Part shown: in pieces, positions 37,139 to 49,345 of the stretch
Position numbering within the stretch: the first letter of the stretch is position 1
How the letters are laid out: each line of letters opens with the position of its first letter
From: Camelus dromedarius
Taxonomy: Eukaryota
NCBI RefSeq assembly: GCF_036321535.1
Contig: NC_087438.1
Span: forward strand, 1,862,001 to 1,926,000
Direction of reading: 5' to 3'
DNA: 64,000 nucleotides
The notes under the pieces: generated by a model
Seen by the model: the letters and a program-made list of their open reading frames with translations, nothing else
What the model was told of the DNA's origin: nothing
The model's database searches: none
Program-made: the position numbers and the translations under genes

Positions 37139-39405
37139 TGTTAGGTAGTTAGGTAAGTGAGGGCACCAGGCAGACAGGTTGGGGAGAGGAAGGAGGGTCC
37201 AGAAGACGGCGGTGTGACCGCCTCTGTCATAAAGCGGGTTTACTTTAAATGAGCGCCCGCAAGAAACCAGCTAGACCCTGACAGCCGGGATTGCGCGGCA
37301 GCAGAAAGGACTTCAGCGGACGCGACCCCGTGTTCACTGTGTTATAAGCAGCATGATTACCCGCCACGGGCTGCCCCGTGCGCGCCACGGGCGAGGACAC
37401 GCACAAAGGGGGTGAGTGCGGTCAAGTCGGCAGAGCGTCGCGGAGTCACGGTGCCCGCGTGCCCGCCGCCGGGCCGACCTGGAGATCAGAGTGTCCACAA
37501 AGTCTGGAGAGGGATCCCAGTCTGCGTCAGGGCTGATCCAGATGAGGGAAGGACGCCGCCAGGCAGGTGGGGAAGGATGCGGGACCTGACCAGCTACCTC
37601 GCAGGGGAGTAGCTGACAGTTCTCAGGCAGCGAATGGCGTGGTCACATTTCTAGGAAGATATACCAGTCAGGTTGTGCTAAGTTCAGCTGTGGAGAGAAA
37701 CATCCCTCAAAGTCTGAGAGCAGGGCAGGATGGCAGGGGGGTGTTGGAACATGCAAAAATTCTTCCAGAAGAGTGTCAGGACACTCTTTTCAAGTCACTG
37801 TCCAAATTCTATGTAATTTCTCCTTCTTCTTTGGTATTTATCCCTTACGCTCTGCCTGCTGTCCACCCTGTAGTGCCCGGGGGCAGAGTGACTCCTGGGG
37901 AATTACCAGCACCCCTGGACGTTGGGAAAAGGAAGACAAGACCGTCAAGGGCGGGGATTACTTTAACCTCCTTAATCCTCACCAGTGAGATCCAGATTCA
38001 GCGCGAGGTCTGGGGAAAGGCATGCATTTATCTTGTAACTGTAACCAAAGGAGTAATTCCACCGCGCTTTAAGCCCCACACATATCTAAGGAGGATGTCT
38101 TCTGAAAGGGGGTGCAGCTCTGGGGAGACTCCTTCAAATTCAGCACAGACGTGCTTCTGGCGCAGGATGACATTGGCGGGACAGCTTCTGAGCTGGTCTC
38201 GGTGGCGTCTGCTCAGGTCCCGGGACAGGACTGCAGGATGCTCGTCTGGAAGGCAGGACAATTTTAAAGTAAGTCGGTGGAGATGTTGCTTTTACGAGAA
38301 AATGAACGAATGGCGATGTACTCTGAAATAACGTCAGACAGTGAATAAAACTGAAGTGTTAATGCAAAACCCAAACCAGCCTCTCAAAGGCTCAAGGGCG
38401 CTATAAACTTTCAGGTAAATCAGAGGTGGTGTTTCCAGGAGTGCACTTTGCTGCCCTCCCCGTCTCATTACCTGCTGTCCAGGAATTGACTTTCTCATGT
38501 TTCTGGTTCTTGCTTATTTATTTCTGGCCTCTTTATGCTGCAAAATTTCCTCCATCACCCTCGTGGGTGTCACCAGCTTCCCCTCCCCCACCCCCGTGTT
38601 AATTCACACAGTGCTTAGTTTTGGGTTTTGGCTTTGTTTTCTGAGTACAGAAGAGATGATGTCCCCTGCTGCATCCCAGTTGTCGCCTGGGGGAGACGCT
38701 GCTAGCACTCTTGGTCGGGGACGAGGTTACCAGGCTGCGTATTGGACAGGTGTGTCTGCCCAAGGAGAGCCGAGATAGTTATGCAAATTATTAAAAGGTG
38801 TGAGATGCTTATCACTTATAAGCCACCAAATGAATCATTTAAATAGGCTCTTCAGCGCCCTGGAAAAAAAAATGGCTCAAATGACAGCCAAGATTGAATA
38901 AATTCAAAGAGTTTCCTCAAAGTCAATCAAGTGGAAGAGAAAAATGCATTTACTCTGATCGAATGTCAGGGACGGGCTTATGCCTGCGAATGCTTCCTGC
39001 TCAGAGATTCTGCACCACATTTGCACAGCAGACTTGAAGCCCTAAGAAATCATTATTTCATACATTTCATCAAAAGCGACTGCCTAATAACACCGAATAC
39101 AATTAATCCATGTTAGTGAATTTAGAGTGGGGCACAAGCAAATCTATGAACTTCCATGATTCTCAGCTGAAATTTACTTAATATTTATGTACACGTGGAA
39201 GCCATAACGCCCCACTACTTTATTCTAATAAGGCAAGACAGTCTGCATTGTTGTGAAATTTGCATTAGAGAACATTTGGAGACTTTTATTTTAGTTCATA
39301 AAAGAAAGCGCTTCATGGGGAATTTGCTTTAATAAATATGTAAAAATGATTAAGAATGTGTAAATGAAGTGAATAAATTAATATTCGAAATCAAAGTGCT
39401 CTAAA

Positions 39406-39495
39406 TTGTTTTTGTTTTTCTGGGAGGTGTAATTAGGTTTATTTATTATTATCATATTTTTGATGGAGGTGTTGAGGATTGAACCCAGGACCCTC
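39406..39495 (-). mobile_element. 5'-truncated Vic-1-like SINE
   Basis: 'gggaggtgtaattaggtttatttatt...atggaggtgttgaggattgaacccaggacc' is the reverse complement of the family seen at 20098. Confidence 0.8.
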
Positions 39496-39582
39496 CCCTT
39501 GTTTATTTTACAAAATGCCACATAAACTCCCTTCGGTCTTACATGTTTTATTAATTCCTTGTGTGAAGTCCTTTGCTGTTGC

Positions 39583-40297
39583 TGTTAGATATTGTTCAGC
39601 ACTCCCCGCCCCCGATGAAACTGGTCCAGTTGCTCTTTGGTGGGCTCATGGCGAGCGCTGCTGGTGGATGCAACCAGTGTTCCAGGGTCTTGTCCCGTCC
39701 CAGGAAGAATTCAGAGACAAGACATGGTGGTTAAAAAAGTAAGGTGAGAACTTATTAATGGACAGTACACTCTCAAAGGGAGAGCGGGCAGGCTCAGGAG
39801 AGCGGCTGCCCTGAGTTTCTTTGGCAAGTTGGTTACACAGGGTGTAAAAATGAATGGGCAGAATATTCATTGGGGAGGGAAGGGCTTGGAGTTGCATTCC
39901 CTGATTATCATCCCAACTGCACCTTCCCAAAGGGAGGAGGGACTTTTGTCCTTATTTAGTCTGGATCGGAAGTGTCCCGGCGTCGGTGCAGGATGGGTAC
40001 TTCTGATCTGCAAGGCTCATTTTATTGAAATGAGGGCATAATGAACAAAAGGTTACAGTTGGACACTGGAAACTCCTGCCTTTTCTCACCTTTCTTTGTT
40101 TGTCTCCAGGCCAAAAGGTGTGTCCCCTTATCAGCCCAAAGATTCCTGCTTTTCTTTCTCTGCTCCTGGACCCCTGGTGATTACGTGATGTGTGGTTTCC
40201 TGCATTTGGCCTGTGCCCCTCCTTTCTGCCCAGTTCCTACCATGTGGCCTGTGTCCCCCTTTCTCTGCTCATATCTAGCTGTCTGCCTGCTCTGACA
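39583..40297 (-). mobile_element. Solo ERV1-class LTR
   Basis: tgtt...tgaca termini. 'gggtcttgtcccgtcccaggaagaattcagagacaag...aaagtaaggtgagaacttatt' parallels the R/U5 layout of the LTR at 7902. The left boundary is approximate. Confidence 0.7.
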
Positions 40298-41911
40298 AGA
40301 GGAGCGGGCTCGGTGGAGCCCGACTGCCTGGGGGTCAGACTTGGGGCTGATTTGGTGCCAGACCACACCACGTTACCGGCGAGCCCCACGTTAAATGTCC
40401 AACTTCCCAGCGCCCTCCCGTCCCCTCGTGGCCCAGCCCTAGTGCCCTGACCCAGCGGTGGCTCCTGTGGCAGGAGGAGACTTCTGGGTTGACAAGGGCT
40501 TCCACTCCCTCAGCTGCAAGCCGCAGTTGCCACGGCAAGTCATCATTTTGTGTCGATCCAAAAATCAGATCACTTTCTACCTCAGATAACTTCATAAGAG
40601 ACGCGGAAGCCTATTCCGTTCGGGGCAAACCCCTTCGGTTTAGTTCTGGGCCCCATTCTTCCTTCTCTACATGCAAGGTCACCCTTCCAAGGTCTTCGAG
40701 CATCGAGGCATGAGGGAGGACCCGGCCGTGAGCACTCCTGCATCCTCTGTCCTGGCAGGCGTGTGGTCAGGCCACTCAGGATGCTGCCCTCCTGTTCCCT
40801 GCACATCCCCTGCTGGACCAGCACCTGCTTCACTGCTGTGACTCACAGGACTGACCTTCCTACACACTGCCACTCCCTTCCCTACCCCAGGTGGTGACTG
40901 TTCTTAGCAGAGGGGCAGAGAGGGCAGGGCCTTCTGCAGGTCCCCCTGGTAACTGGTGAGCTAACAACTGTCCCTATGACCCATAACCTGCGGCAGCCCC
41001 AAGGTGGGGGACTCGCTCCAGGACCTGGCTTCAGACTTGCGAGCTCCCCCATCCCTCGACACTTTCTTTGGTCTTGCAGCTGGGTGAGTCCAGGCCTGCA
41101 GGCCTGCGGGGTGCACCCAACAGCGAGCTCCCAATCCGCTCGCCTGCCTTCTCCTTCAGGTGCTGGGAGAACGCTGAACACCTGTTGTCCAGCTGGCCCC
41201 CGCTGAGGCCGTTTCTGGTCCTTTCAGATCCCCAAGCCCTCCTGGGGCGTCCATCCTCCCCCGCCCCCTCTCAATCAGGAGATGCGCTCCGCCCCGCTCA
41301 CCGGCACCCCTCTAGGCCGTGCACTTCTGATGGGGGGGAGCAAGCTGGCCCCTCCCCTGCCCTTTCCCGGGGGAGGGGGCTGCTGGTTAGGGGAGAATGT
41401 GACCCCATCTCACCCCCAGCTAGAGGGGATTTAGGCTGATAAACTCGCAGCTCAGGCAGATGAGAAAGCTTTATCTCTCACAACTATCATCCCCATCATG
41501 AATCTCAAAAGCTTACTTTATTCCTTAAAAGCCATGAACTGGTGGCTTTGTTCTTCCTCATCCCTTCCCGGAAGCTGTAAGCTCGAAATGCCTCCACCCC
41601 CGGCTGTTTCCAATGGGGAAAAGGGCCAGGAGGGAAGTAAATTAGAGGGTGTGGAGCACCTTGGTTGATACACTTACCTCACATTTAATTTAAGGACTTC
41701 AGTCCTGAAAACTCTGCCCTTAAGTGAAGAGCCAGTACATGAAAAAAAGTTTTTCTCCATTGATTTCAGTGAGATAATTGACGATGTGTTCCCAAGAGAC
41801 TCAAATAATTTTCCCAAAGGGGGAAAAAAATCAGTTGAAGAAGAACAAGTTTATATAAATAATAAGCAACAATTCTAAAGGAAGTGCGTGCAAAGTTTGC
41901 ACATAATACGT

Positions 41912-42295
41912 AGTGTACTGAGTGGAACAAGTCAGACAAGGAGAAATATCATACAAGGTGACTTACAGGTGAAACCTCAACAGAATGACACAGATGAGCT
42001 TATTTACAAAGCAGAAACAGACTCACAGACAGAAAACGAACTTATGGCTCCCAAAGGGGGAAAGGGGGTTGGGAGGGATAAACTGGGAGTTCGAGATTTG
42101 CAGATACACACAACTGTATATAAAACAGATATACAACAGGGTCCTACTGTACAGCACAGGGAACTATATTCAGCATCTCGTAATTGTCTATAATGAAAAG
42201 GAACGTATATGTGCGTGTATAACTGAACCACTATGCTGCATGCCAGAAACTAACAGAATATTGCAAAACGACTATATTTCAATAAAAAATTTAAG
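41912..42295 (+). mobile_element. L1 3' UTR fragment (camelid-type)
   Basis: 'aatgacacagatgagcttatttacaaagcagaaacagactcacagac...gggataaactgggagttcgagatttgcagatac...tcaataaaaaa'. Confidence 0.92.
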
Positions 42296-44029
42296 AATAT
42301 ATAATTTTATATATGTATGTATCACCTTTTTTTTTCTTTATGCCCCATAACCATCTCCATTTTAAAAATCTTTTGCAGCTGATGAATATCTTGCATTCAA
42401 ACTGCAGTAACAGCAAAGTTATAAGGCAAGAAACCAACTTCAGGGCAAAATAAAGCCTCAGCACGAGTCCTCGGACACCTGCTGAACGAGGCGGCTGCAC
42501 TATAAACCCGAAAGTCTTCCAGGAGTGTCATCTTCATCCCTCTCACACACAGACATGAGATGGGGGCCCCCCAGTACCTCGCCCCACACTGATCGCTGCA
42601 GGATCTCTTGGGCTTCCCAGAACACTTGCTGCTCCTGTGGAAACTCGGTGCCCCGATGCCGCCTCTCCTCTGAGTAGTCATCCAGGGCCAGGACTCGCCG
42701 GCTTTGACTGTCCTGGGCAAAGAACATCCTCCACGTCAAGCCCGTGAACCCCAGGGCCCACTTCCCAGAGCAGGACTCCTCTGACCGCCTGGGTGGGCTC
42801 CTCCTTGCTGCGGCTGGTCAGGGAAAGGCCGCACTCTCTGCAGGAATAGCTTCCTTGTTTCAGGAGAGCTTTCCGTGGTTCTGAAAGAGACTTTGATTTT
42901 TCTTGGTAAGTCAAGTAAGTTGGTGAGAATTTTTACCTGGAAACATAATATGAAATGCCACTTCTAACAGCACCTCTACTTCCTGTGATTCTTTCAAAGA
43001 AGTCACTATGAGAGTCAGTATCCGGAGCTTCTATGATGAACAGTTGTTACCTGCACCCTCGTGCCAGGTGAGTGTACATCCAGAAACCCAGGGCTGCCTT
43101 GGCAAAGCTGTGTCTACAAATACAATTTTTCCTGTTCTAAAATGCATCCTTTTTATTCTACTTAAATAAGGCAAAGCCCTAGCCACTCACAACATTATAT
43201 TAAGACACAAAGACTGGGCTGAGATACAAATGAAGATGCCTCAAATACATTATTGACTGAATTCATTGCTGTTGCCCATTTACAGAAACCAGTACATCTT
43301 CCAACCACAGCTTCGTGGTCAGTAGATATCTTTTGAAGGACCAATGTGACAGACAAGCCTTTGAACCCCTGACCCCCACATTGTTCAAGGGAGGATGCGC
43401 CAGCACCGGCCACACCGCGTGCTCCTGGGCACTTCTATTGCATGCATGGGTGTTCTTTTCCAAGCAGGACTGAATGCCTTCTTGGGAGGGAGACTGTGCT
43501 TTATGCTTACGTGAATAAATACATCATCACACAAGACGCTGAGACTCAGGTAGCCACCACTCAGCCCTGGATTGGTTCCTAAAAGGTACACATCTTAGCT
43601 GTTAAAATATCCATGATATGGGATAAAATCAAATTGGTACTACAAGTTGGAAAAAAATCACAGAACCTCAGGTTTGAACTTGGACCATTCACACCTGAAT
43701 TCCCAAGAAGGGTCCTCTAGGCTCTGTCATTTCTTTTTAGTGACATTATGAATCATTTCAGCCCAACTTGAATAGTTCTGGATATTTGATTTTAGCTCAG
43801 TGTAAAGGAAAACGTCCTCTTTTGTCATTTGTTTACCCTGATACAGTCCCATACGAGGGACCATGAAATGTTAAGTCTGAGAGGTTGAAGGCAATTGACA
43901 CCAGCATCTCAAGTCTCTTCTCCAGGCTAAAAACCCAGATGTATTTGAACAGACCAATCACTACAAGTGAAATAGAATCTGTGATTTAAAAAAAAAAAGC
44001 AAAAGCACAACAAAAACAAAACAACTCCC

Positions 44030-46200
44030 TGCAAATGGAAGTCCAGGACTGGACAGCTATGCTGGCAAATTCTACCAAACATGTAAAGAACTTACACCTA
44101 CCCTTCTCAAATTCCAAAAATTGAAGAGGAAGCAATGCTTCCAAATTAATTCTAGGAAGCCACCATCACCCTGATACCAAAACCAGACAAAGACACTACA
44201 ACAAAAGAAAATTACAAATCAATATCTTTGATGAATAAGGATGCAAACATTTTTAACACAATATTACCAAACTGAATCCAACAATACATAAAAAGAGTTA
44301 TACACCATGTTCAAGCTAAATTTATTCCAGGGTCACAAGGATGGTTCAACATGTAAATCAATCAAAGTGATACACCACACAAAAGGAAGGAAAAACAAAA
44401 AACACATGATTATCTCAATAGAGGCAGATAAAGCATTTGACAAAACTCAACATCCATTCGTGACAAAATCTCTCAACAAAGTGGGTGTATAGGGAACATG
44501 TCTCAACATGACACTCAGCGGTGAAAAGCTGAGAGCCTTCCTGCTAAACTCGGGAGCGACACAGGATGCCCACCCTCACCAATTCCATTTAACACGGTAT
44601 TGGAAGTCCTTGCCACGATAACCAGACAAAGAAAGAAATAAAATGTGTGAAGATTGGAAAAAAAAGAGGTAAAACTGCCATTGTTTGCAGATAATGTGAC
44701 ATTCTATATAGAGAACCCCAAAGTCTCCAATCAAAAACTATCAGGACTGATGAATGAATTTAGCGAGGCTGCGGGAGGTGAGAGCAACATGCAGACATCT
44801 GCTCGTTTCTATACACTAATAACGGAATATCACCCAAAAGGAAGGAGGCGAAAGACCTACACACTGAGAACCATAAACCACTGATGAAGCAAACTGAAGA
44901 TAATTCAAAGAAATTGGAAAGATATTCTGTGTTCTTGGATTAGAAGAGTCAGTGTTCTTAAAATGGCCATACACCCAAAACAATCTACAGATTTAATGCA
45001 ATCCTTATCAAAATACTTGGGACATTTTTCACAGAACTAGAGGAAATAATCCTAACATTTATATGAAACCACAAAAGACACCAAATTGCAAAAGCAATCC
45101 TGAGAAAAAAGAACAACGCTTGAGGCAAACCTTTCCAAACTTCAGACAGTACTGCAGAGCCACAGCAATCAAAGTACTGTGGTACTGGCACAAAAACAAA
45201 CACATAGATCAACGGAACAGAATGGAGAGCCCAGCAATAAGCCCACACACCTACAGTCAATTAATCTATTACAAAGAAGGCAAGAATATATAATGAAGAA
45301 AAGATAGTCCCTTCCTCAAGTGGTGCTGGGAAAGCTGGACAGCTACATGTCAATCAACGAAGTTAGAACACTCCCTCACTCCATACACAAAAATAAACTC
45401 AAAATGGATTAAAGATCTAACTGTAAGACGTGAAACCATAAAACTCCTAGAAGAAAACATAGGCAAAACACTCTTTGACATAAATTGTAGCACTATTTTC
45501 TTGGCTCTGTCTCCTAAGAATAAAGAAATAAATGCAAAAGTAGACAACTGGGACCTAATCAAACTTAAAAGCTTTTTCACAGCAAAGGAAACCATCAACA
45601 AAACAAAAAGGCAACATATGGAATGAGAGAAAATATTTGTGAATGATGAGACAAGCAAGGAGTTAATATACAAAATATGCAAACAGCTCATACAACTCAG
45701 CATCAAAAAACAAAACAAAACAAAACAATCCAGTCAAAAAGTGGTCAGAAGACTTGAATAGACATTTTTCCAAAGATAACATACAACTGGACAACAGGAA
45801 CATGAAAAGGTGCTCAATATTGCTAATAATTAGAGAAACAAAATCAAAACTACAGTGAGGCATCACCTCACGCAGGTCAGAATGGTCATCATAAAATGAC
45901 CACAGGAAACAAATGTTGGAAAGAATGTGGAGAAAAGCGGACCCTCCTACACTGCTGGTAGGAAAGTCAATTGGTGCAGCTACTGTGAAGAACACAGTGG
46001 GAGGGTCCTTAGAAATCTAAAAATAGAACCACCATGTGATCCAGCAATCCCACTCCTAGGTATATATCTAGAAAAATACAAAAACAATAATTTGAAAAGA
46101 TTCATGGACACCAGTGTTTATAGCAGCACTATTTGCAATACCAAGGTACGGAAACAAACCAAATGTCCCTCAACAGACAATTCACTTCAGAAGATGTAGT
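44030..46200 (+). pseudogene. Disrupted L1 ORF2 (reverse transcriptase) remnant
   Basis: ORFs 44307..44492, 44654..44884, 45063..45293 and 45927..46199 are fragments of L1 ORF2p. The catalytic FADD motif reads FADN. Confidence 0.9.
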
Positions 46201-46202
46201 GT

Positions 46203-46251
<49 letters not shown>
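46200..46251. repeat. (TG)n microsatellite inside L1
   Basis: About 26 TG units with one TA interruption. Confidence 0.95.
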
Positions 46252-46252
<1 letters not shown>

Positions 46253-48483
46253 TGGAGTATTACTCAGTCATGAAAAAGAATGAAATTCTGCCATTGGCAG
46301 CAACATGGGTGGACCCACACTTAGTGAAATAAGTCAGACAGAGAAAGACAAGTGCTGTACATTATCCTTGACACATGGAATTGAGAAAATCATGCAAATG
46401 AATCTAAATACAAACTAGAAACAGGCTCATAGACATAGAAAACAAACTAGTGGTTACCAAAGGGGAAAGGCGAGTGCAAATTAGGAGCATGAGATTAACA
46501 GATACAAAAAGTCCATCAATAAAAGCCCAGGTGCCGCTTCCAGCTGTCATGTGGGTAGCGGTCTCCTCACCAGAACCCCGGCCCGCACCCCCAGACGAGC
46601 CCTCCTCAAGCAGCATCCCTGCAGTCGGCGCTTGGCCAGAGCAGGGCAGCCGTCGGCCCCCTTGTCTGTGCAGAAGGGCGTCTCACGCTAGCACAAGCCT
46701 ACATGCAGACGGGCAGCAAGCTGTGAGCAAGCTTCAGATCAGAAGCTCGTTTTATTAACACCCTTGAGTTGTCTTCCCCCACCTTCCCACTTGAAGAGAC
46801 CAACATGGAACAAGCAACCTATCCGGAGCGAGTCAGAGACCCAGAGCTGCTGTCTCTGTCTCAGGATGAGAGGAGGCGGCACCACCTACACCCCAGCAGT
46901 TAAGGGGGTAAATCCACTTGTGGTTAAACCAGCTAATCTGGGAATAAAGACCTGCCAAGGTAATGAAGAACTCAGGCATTTCCAAGAAACTGGATTAACT
47001 TATCACAATACAGAGCTTAGCATCTGCAGGGTGACTGTTCTAAAAACTCGAAAGTGCCCTGCAGACCAGACGTCGTCTCGTTCAGCCCGGGGAGGTGGGG
47101 GGAGGCTGGCACTGTCACCTTGTGTTCCACGTGGGGAGGAGTCAGGGCAAACCTCCACCGGCAGCCTGACCACGGACCGCATTAAAATGGGCTGGATACT
47201 TCAAGAAAATAATACCCTTTAGCTGCTCTGCATATCTGATCACGTTACTGAAAAGAAACTGTTATAAATGACAAATGCATTTTTTAAAAAGCTGATTTTG
47301 TATTCTTCTGGAAAGGGGGTTGACGGCAGCAGCTCAGTTTTAGAAGACATGCCTTGCTGAGGGTGGGATGCAGCAAGATCCTCCATGATGGCAAGATTTG
47401 CCCTTCCTGATTCCAACGGCCTCCAAGGATGAGATCTGAAAATGGATGATTGACTTATAAATGCTGCCCACAGAAGGTTCTGGATGCTTGGAGCCAGTGG
47501 GGTGTTGAGATCCAATCCAGGGAGCAGGAGAAGTGGAGGGGAGGGAAGGGGAGACGGGATGAAACACTGTTTGCTGGTGATTCACCGATTTGGAAGTTTT
47601 AATGACACACGGGGACCTTTTAGACTCTTCTCTTTGGAGACCCTGAATGGAGACAGAGCGAAGGGCCGGTGACGCTGGGTGCAGAGAGGAAGACGACGGA
47701 CAGACTCGGTTAAGCTCATTTTGCTCTTTGCTAACCTCGGACAAGTTCTGGGTAATTAACAGGGTGGTTTCAGACCGAGGGGGAGAGAGAGGCCCAGCGT
47801 TTCCTCTGGGGCCCAACACTGCACCCCCAGGTGCGAGTCCTCCCCTCACCCGGGCTTCTCTTTGGACCGAGCACGTACAGTTGGCATCTTCATTCCTGCG
47901 CTCGGCGGAGCTCCCTGGTGGCTCAGCTCTCGTGTATAGACTTCCTCGGACATTTCATGTACTTACTGATTTTTAATCTATATTTTTGCTTTAAAGCCAG
48001 AATATTGCATTCCTCGGTGGGACGGCATTGAATGTGATGGCTGCCTAGGTCCATGACACTGTGCCAGGGCTGGACCATGGCTCTGTGGGTGTCACCCTTC
48101 TCGCCGAGTCACAGATGCCTCTTCCTTGTAAGGATGACGCTGTGGTTTGCATTTTGCCCCTTCTTTTCGAGGCTGTCTGCACCTGCGTGAGACCACGGCC
48201 TTCTTAGGCTTGAGGGTGAGGTGGTTGAGAGCACCCGTGTGAAATTTCTCGCAGGTCACTGAGCGGCTAAGGGAGGAGGCAGCCAGCCTTGGGAGGCAAG
48301 GGCCTGTGGACGGGCTGTGCACCTGCAGGCTCACCGAGACCCGGTGGTGCAGTGGGCAGCTTGGCATCAGTCTGCCTGCTTGTTGCCATGGGTGATGCAG
48401 CCTCTTCTGCTTTAGTCTGCACATCCAGAAAATGGGAACAAGATGGTACCCACCTCAGAGGATTAAAGTAACCAGGCATAAAA

Positions 48484-49345
48484 TGTTTGGGTGAAAATGG
48501 CCCCCCCAGAGCCCGTGACTATGTTCTGTTACATGGCAATGGGGGCTTTGCAGCATAATTAGGTCACAGGCTTTACGACAGGGAGGGTCCCCTGAGTGGC
48601 TGAGGTGGGCGTAGTCTAGCCCTGGAACTGCTGTAACAAAGCTCCAGAGACTTGAGCAACAGACACTTGTCCTCTCACGGTCTGGAGGCTGGATGTCCAA
48701 GGTCAAGGAGTCGGGAGGGCTGGCTCCTTTTGAGTCAGTGAGGAGAAGCTGCTCCAGGCCCCTCCCTAGCTCTGGGGGTTCACCAGTGATCGCCATCTCT
48801 GCCTTCATGTGCATGTGGCTTTCTGCCTCTTGTGTGTCTGTACGAATGTGCCCTTCTTACAAGGACACCAGTCACGCTGCACCAGGCCCACCCCCACGAC
48901 CTCCTCTGAACCTGATCATCTGCAAAAGCCCTACTTCAAATAAGACTCCTCCCAGGCCCAGGAGCTGGGACGGCAGCGTCTTCTGGGGGCACAGCCACTC
49001 CCCACGGGCCCTCGTGAGCACAGAGCTTCCTTGGGCTGGGGTCCCAGAGACTGGAGGGAAAGGGAGAAAGCTGGGGACCAAGAGGGCCAGATGCTGTCGG
49101 GTCCACAGGTGCCATGGAAAGGAGACAGCGGGAGGAACCGGGGCCTCAGCTCCAGGAGCACCAGGAGCTGACCGCTGCTACCTCTGAGCGACAGGAGGCC
49201 GACTCCGCAGGGCCTCCAGGAGCCCCTCCTGCAGGGGCCCCGCCCAGCCACCCGGGCTTCCAAGCTGTGGGGAGAGGACATGTGTGCCATTTTAAGACAC
49301 CAACTTGGTGGTAACTTGTTAAGGAAGACACAGAAAACCAATACA
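48484..49345 (+). mobile_element. MaLR LTR (MLT1-like) split by a nested antisense MLT1
   Basis: 5' part 'aatggccccccagag...tgactatgttctgttacatggcaa' (48484-48610). 3' part ends 'ttttaagacaccaacttggtggtaacttgtta...agaaaaccaataca' (49345). Confidence 0.7.
48611..49005 (-). mobile_element. Nested MaLR LTR (MLT1A/B-like)
   Basis: 'ctgctgtaacaaag...ctctcacggtctggaggctggatgtccaaggtcaagg...cttcttacaaggacaccagtca...catctgcaaaagccctacttcaaataag'. Confidence 0.8.

Larger units (their letters stand above)
43942..46519 (+). mobile_element. 5'-truncated L1: ORF2 RT-to-C-terminal region and partial 3' UTR
   Basis: Continuous L1 ORF2-like DNA with stops, frameshifts and internal deletions. Peptides [36 protein letters not shown] and LWYWHKNKHIDQRNRMESP. 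Confidence 0.95.

Noticed and set aside
42971..43073. Plus-strand consensus donor CAG|GTGAGT with a possible acceptor upstream (similar isolated donors near 31058 and 58962)
   Set aside because: The acceptors are weak and no recognisable peptide results. Several such matches are expected by chance in 64 kb.
43942..46519. Active L1 or domesticated reverse transcriptase
   Set aside because: It is 5'-truncated with many stops, frameshifts and deletions, and the catalytic FADD is changed to FADN.
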